From NCBI GenBank assembly GCA_963808035.1, contig CAWEEF010000001.1:948022-1012021 (forward strand): a stretch of DNA of 64,000 bases, in the 5' to 3' direction. The notes beneath the pieces are model-generated. The model was given only the letters and a program-made list of their open reading frames with translations. It was not told the DNA's origin and searched no databases. Origin of the DNA: an uncultured Alphaproteobacteria bacterium. Lineage in GTDB: Bacteria; Pseudomonadota; Alphaproteobacteria; Rhizobiales; Xanthobacteraceae. Below are positions 60,645 through 64,000 of the stretch, in pieces (position 1 is the first letter of the stretch; each line of letters begins with the position of its first letter). Position numbers and translations under genes: made by a program.

Positions 60645-60680
60645 CGCTCAATTCTTGTGCGTCGCACAACAAATAAGCAA
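60645..60680. promoter_or_regulatory. Possible NtrC-type enhancer sites
   Basis: GCTC-N7-GTGC and GCAC-N7-AAGC resemble GCAC-N7-GTGC, about 100-130 bp upstream of the putative sigma54 site. Confidence 0.35.
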
Positions 60681-60699
60681 GTGCTGTCGATTGTACGCG

Positions 60700-61611
60700 T
60701 CAGGCGTTTTCGGCCACCGCCATCATTGGCTTCGGCGCGCTGCCGGCACCAGGCTTGATGCGGAAATCATAGGTCATCAAATGCCAGGGTTCACTGGCCG
60801 GTTTGCCATCCGGCATCACGGCGTCGGTGCGCCTCTCGATAGCGGCGATTAGATCGTCCTTGACGCCGAACACGACGTCGGAATCGAGATATTTGTCACC
60901 GCCGATAAAGACGTGGGTGATCAGCGGCTCGAAGCCGGCTGCATTGACCAGGAAATGCACATGGGCCGGCCGCATCGGATGCCGCCTGGTCTGCAGGATC
61001 ATCTCGCCGACCGGACCGTCGGTCGGGATAGGATAGCTGCACGGCAGGATGGTGCGGAAGAAGAACCGGCCGTCGGCGTCGGTGATGAAACGCGCCCGCG
61101 ACGACGGACCTTCGGCCTCATAAGACGGCTTCTGCGAATCGTAGAAGCCGTCGTCGTCGGCGTGCCAGACGTCCACCGGCACGCCCGCCAGCGGCTTGCC
61201 CTTGAGGTCGGTGACGCGGCCCTGCACGAACATGCGTTCGCCCGGCAGCTTGGATGAAATATCGGTGCCGTGCGGCATCGGCTTGTGCTCGCCGACATAG
61301 AACGGGCCGAGCACGGTGGTCTCGGTGGCACCATCGCGCTGGCGATGGTTGACCGCATCGACCAGCATCGAAACCCCGAGCACGTCCGACAGCAGGATGA
61401 ATTCCTGCCGGGTCGGGGTGCATTTCTGCCCGACGCGGGTCAGAAAATCGATCGCATACCCCCATTCGTCGAAGCTGAGATCGGTTTTGCGGACAAAATC
61501 GTGCAGCGACTTCACCAGCTCTTCCATCAGGAATTTGACCCGCGGGGTGGGAGTCTCCTCAAAACTGCGGACCACGGCGGCGGTGAGTTCGGTGTCGTTG
61601 AATTGGGGCAT
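60700..61611 (-). CDS. Intradiol ring-cleavage dioxygenase (hydroxyquinol/catechol 1,2-dioxygenase-like)
   Basis: RQEFILLSD, LGPFY, VWHAD..GFY, SYPIP, RPAHVHF iron ligands. Confidence 0.9.
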   Translation of the reverse strand: MPQFNDTELTAAVVRSFEETPTPRVKFLMEELVKSLHDFVRKTDLSFDEWGYAIDFLTRVGQKCTPTRQEFILLSDVLGVSMLVDAVNHRQRDGATETTVLGPFYVGEHKPMPHGTDISSKLPGERMFVQGRVTDLKGKPLAGVPVDVWHADDDGFYDSQKPSYEAEGPSSRARFITDADGRFFFRTILPCSYPIPTDGPVGEMILQTRRHPMRPAHVHFLVNAAGFEPLITHVFIGGDKYLDSDVVFGVKDDLIAAIERRTDAVMPDGKPASEPWHLMTYDFRIKPGAGSAPKPMMAVAENA

Positions 61612-61745
61612 TGCTCTATCCTGCGGGTACGCGAAGCCTGCGCAACCCTACACCAGCCGGCCGGCCGGGGTAAGCACGCCGGAATTGGAACACGAGGTGC
61701 TTTTCGGCTAACAAGACCATCTGCAGCGCCAGGAGATCAGTTCCC

Positions 61746-63020
61746 ATGCTAGCCCCGACCCCCGCCTCGCCCGAATCCGCGGGCATGTCCCAAGCGGCTT
61801 TCGACCGCATCCAAGCCCATTTGAGGCACCGCTACATCGAAGCCGGCCGCTTTCCGGGAACGCAACTGCTGGTCTATCGGCGCGGCAAGGTCGTCCACAG
61901 CGCGGTGCAGGGCTTTGCCGACGTCGAGCGCAAGGCGCCGATGAAAGACGACACGATTTTTCGCATCTATTCGATGACCAAGCCGATCACCAGCGTGGCC
62001 TTCATGATGCTGTTCGAGGAAGGCCGGGTCGCGCTCGACGACCCGGTCCACAAATACATCCCGGAGTGGATCAATCTAGGGGTGTTCCAGGCCGGGACGG
62101 CGCCGGCATTCCTGACCCGGCCGCCGTCGCGGCCGATGCTGATCGTGGACTTGTTGCGGCACACTTCCGGCCTGACCTACGGCTTCCAGCAGCGATCCAA
62201 TGTGGATGCCGCCTATCGCGAGAAGAAAATCGGCGAAGTCGAGAAGGCCGGCACGCTGCAGTCGATGATCGAGGATCTCGCGAAAATTCCGCTGGAATTC
62301 TCGCCCGGCGAAGCCTGGAACTATTCCGTCGCAACCGACGTGATCGGCTATCTCGTCGGCAAGATCAGCGGCATTCCGTTCGAGCAATTCCTCAAGCAGC
62401 GCATCTTCCATCCGCTCGGCATGAACGACACCGACTTTTTCGTGCCGGCCGACAAGGCGCACCGGTTCGCTGCCTGCTACTCGGCCGACCCGCAAGGCGG
62501 CATGACCTTTCACGCGACCGACCGCAAAGGCGGCATGACGCTGCAGGACGACCCGACCACGAGTTCGTTCCTCGTACCGCCAACGCTCGTGTCGGGCGGC
62601 GGCGGTCTGTGCTCCACCGCCGCTGACTATCTCACCTTCTGCCGTGCGCTGCTCAACGGCGGCGAACTCGGCGGCGTCAGGCTGATCGGTCCGAAGACGC
62701 TGGCGCTGATGACATCGAATCATCTTCCGGGCGGCCGCGACCTGCCGGAAATGTCGAGGTCGCTGTTCAGCGAAGCGACCTATTACGGCATCGGCTTCGG
62801 CCTCGGCTTTTCGGTCACCATGGATCCGGCGCGGACGCTGCTTCCCGGCAGCGCCGGCGAATACGCCTGGGGCGGTGCGGCAACGACATCGTTCTGGATC
62901 GATCCCGCGGAGGAGCTGATCGCCATCTTCATGACCCAGGTGCTGCCGTCGAGCGCCTATCCATTGCGCCGAGAACTGCGCACCATGGTCTACGCCGCAA
63001 TCACCGACAGCAATCTCTAA
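61746..63020 (+). CDS. Serine hydrolase (class C beta-lactamase/esterase family)
   Basis: SxxK YSMTK, LLRHTSG, WNYS, SGGGGL, WGGAA. Confidence 0.9.
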   Translation: MLAPTPASPESAGMSQAAFDRIQAHLRHRYIEAGRFPGTQLLVYRRGKVVHSAVQGFADVERKAPMKDDTIFRIYSMTKPITSVAFMMLFEEGRVALDDPVHKYIPEWINLGVFQAGTAPAFLTRPPSRPMLIVDLLRHTSGLTYGFQQRSNVDAAYREKKIGEVEKAGTLQSMIEDLAKIPLEFSPGEAWNYSVATDVIGYLVGKISGIPFEQFLKQRIFHPLGMNDTDFFVPADKAHRFAACYSADPQGGMTFHATDRKGGMTLQDDPTTSSFLVPPTLVSGGGGLCSTAADYLTFCRALLNGGELGGVRLIGPKTLALMTSNHLPGGRDLPEMSRSLFSEATYYGIGFGLGFSVTMDPARTLLPGSAGEYAWGGAATTSFWIDPAEELIAIFMTQVLPSSAYPLRRELRTMVYAAITDSNL

Positions 63021-63062
63021 AGCGGTTTCCGGTTCGCTCGAATCGTTGTTGCGTCTCCGAGG

Positions 63063-63163
63063 CCTCATGGTTCGAGACGCGCGAAGGCGCGCTCCTCACC
63101 ATGAGGGTCTCGGACCTCATCCAGAGGAGCATCGCGAAGCGATGCGTCTCGAAGGATGAAGCC
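63063..63163. repeat. REP-like element (CTCATCCTGAGGAG..GTCTCGAAGGATG family), paired arms
   Basis: cctcatggttcgagacgc...ctcctcaccatgagg and cctcatccagaggagc...gcgtctcgaaggatga. Confidence 0.78.
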
Positions 63164-63329
63164 ATCAAGGTGGAAATGGCGCTAGCGCTATGTTGACAGG
63201 GTCGGCGCTTTGGGCTGAATAAGCGGCGGACAATATGCAGCTTTCAGCGTTTTCCAGAACGGAAGCGCGAAGGACGGGCGCGAAGGCATCAAAAGAATTG
63301 CCGCGCGTCCCCGGGGGTGGGGGGAACAT

Positions 63330-64000
63330 ATGCTGGACTTTGTTCAGCAACTGGTGAGTGGCATTGCGCTCGGCTGCGTCTACGGCCTGATCGCGCTCGG
63401 ATTCGTCCTGGTCTACAAGGCTACCGAAGTCGTCAATTTCGCCCAGGGCGATCTGATGATGCTGGGCGGATTCTTCGCCTTCACTTTCATCGGCATTCTC
63501 GGACTGAATTACTGGGTCGGATTTGCCGCCGCGGTGCTCTCGATGGCGCTGTTCGGCGTGCTGGCCGAGCGGCTGGTGGTACGTCCGATCCTGGGCTATC
63601 CGCAATTCTCCATCATCATGGCAACGATCGGACTTGGATATTTCCTGCGCTCGATCGCCGGCATGATCTGGGGCACCGACGACTTCAAGATTGAAACACC
63701 GTTCAGCGACGGGGTGCTGCGAATCGGCGCGCTAGTGCTCGCCTATGACAAGCTCTCGGTGATCGCGGCAACCATCATCCTGTGCGCCCTGCTCTATCTC
63801 TTCTTCAACAAGACCAAGCTTGGCACCGCCATGCGGGCCAGTTCCGAGAACATGCTGGCTGCCTACTACATGGGCATTCCCGTCAAGCGCGTGGTGTCCA
63901 CCGTCTGGGCGATCAGCGCGGCGGTCGCGACCTGCGCCGGCGTCCTGCTCGCCCCGATCACTTTCATTCATTCCAATGTGGGGCTGGTGCTGGGGCTGAA
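63330..64000 (+). CDS. livH: Branched-chain amino acid ABC permease, 3'-truncated by window edge
   Basis: MLDFVQQLVSGIALGCVYGLIALGFVLVYKATEVVNFAQG; TKLGTAMRA..EN. Confidence 0.88.
   Translation, partial: MLDFVQQLVSGIALGCVYGLIALGFVLVYKATEVVNFAQGDLMMLGGFFAFTFIGILGLNYWVGFAAAVLSMALFGVLAERLVVRPILGYPQFSIIMATIGLGYFLRSIAGMIWGTDDFKIETPFSDGVLRIGALVLAYDKLSVIAATIILCALLYLFFNKTKLGTAMRASSENMLAAYYMGIPVKRVVSTVWAISAAVATCAGVLLAPITFIHSNVGLVLGL

Noticed and set aside
63190-63225. TTGACA upstream of livH as sigma70 promoter
   Set aside because: No convincing -10 at 16-18 bp spacing
1-64000. tRNA, rRNA or riboswitch genes
   Set aside because: No cloverleaf, rRNA-like or known riboswitch motif recognised by eye; a covariance-model scan would be needed to exclude small ncRNAs

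Overview
This looks like a high-GC alphaproteobacterial chromosome segment (Bradyrhizobium-like gene set and repeat families; taxon is inferred, not searched). Most of it is ordinary catabolic and transport DNA: two peptide/nickel-type ABC systems around ggt and a DUF1028 gene, a sensor kinase/response regulator/adenylate cyclase run, an RND efflux operon, two P450s, a TRAP transporter with uronate-oxidation genes, an assimilatory nitrate cluster, a dioxygenase and a serine hydrolase. At least 13 intergenic REP-like palindromes of 6 families are present. Two compact, visibly lower-GC accessory insertions stand out. (1) 24092-24588 is a stand-alone colicin E3-like rRNase domain with intact catalytic D/H/E residues, translationally coupled to an immunity-like gene and lacking any delivery domain. 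(2) 27428-30542 is a TaqI/Eco57I-type N6-adenine methyltransferase with an unexplained ~250-aa N-terminus, overlapped by a 245-aa unknown gene instead of a recognisable restriction enzyme; it is a candidate undescribed two-gene defence system. Three genes (TetR, rbsK, nasC) carry single-base frameshifts that could be real or sequencing errors. No tRNA, rRNA, CRISPR array, integrase or transposase was seen. All family assignments come from motifs recognised by eye; GC statements are visual impressions, not computed.
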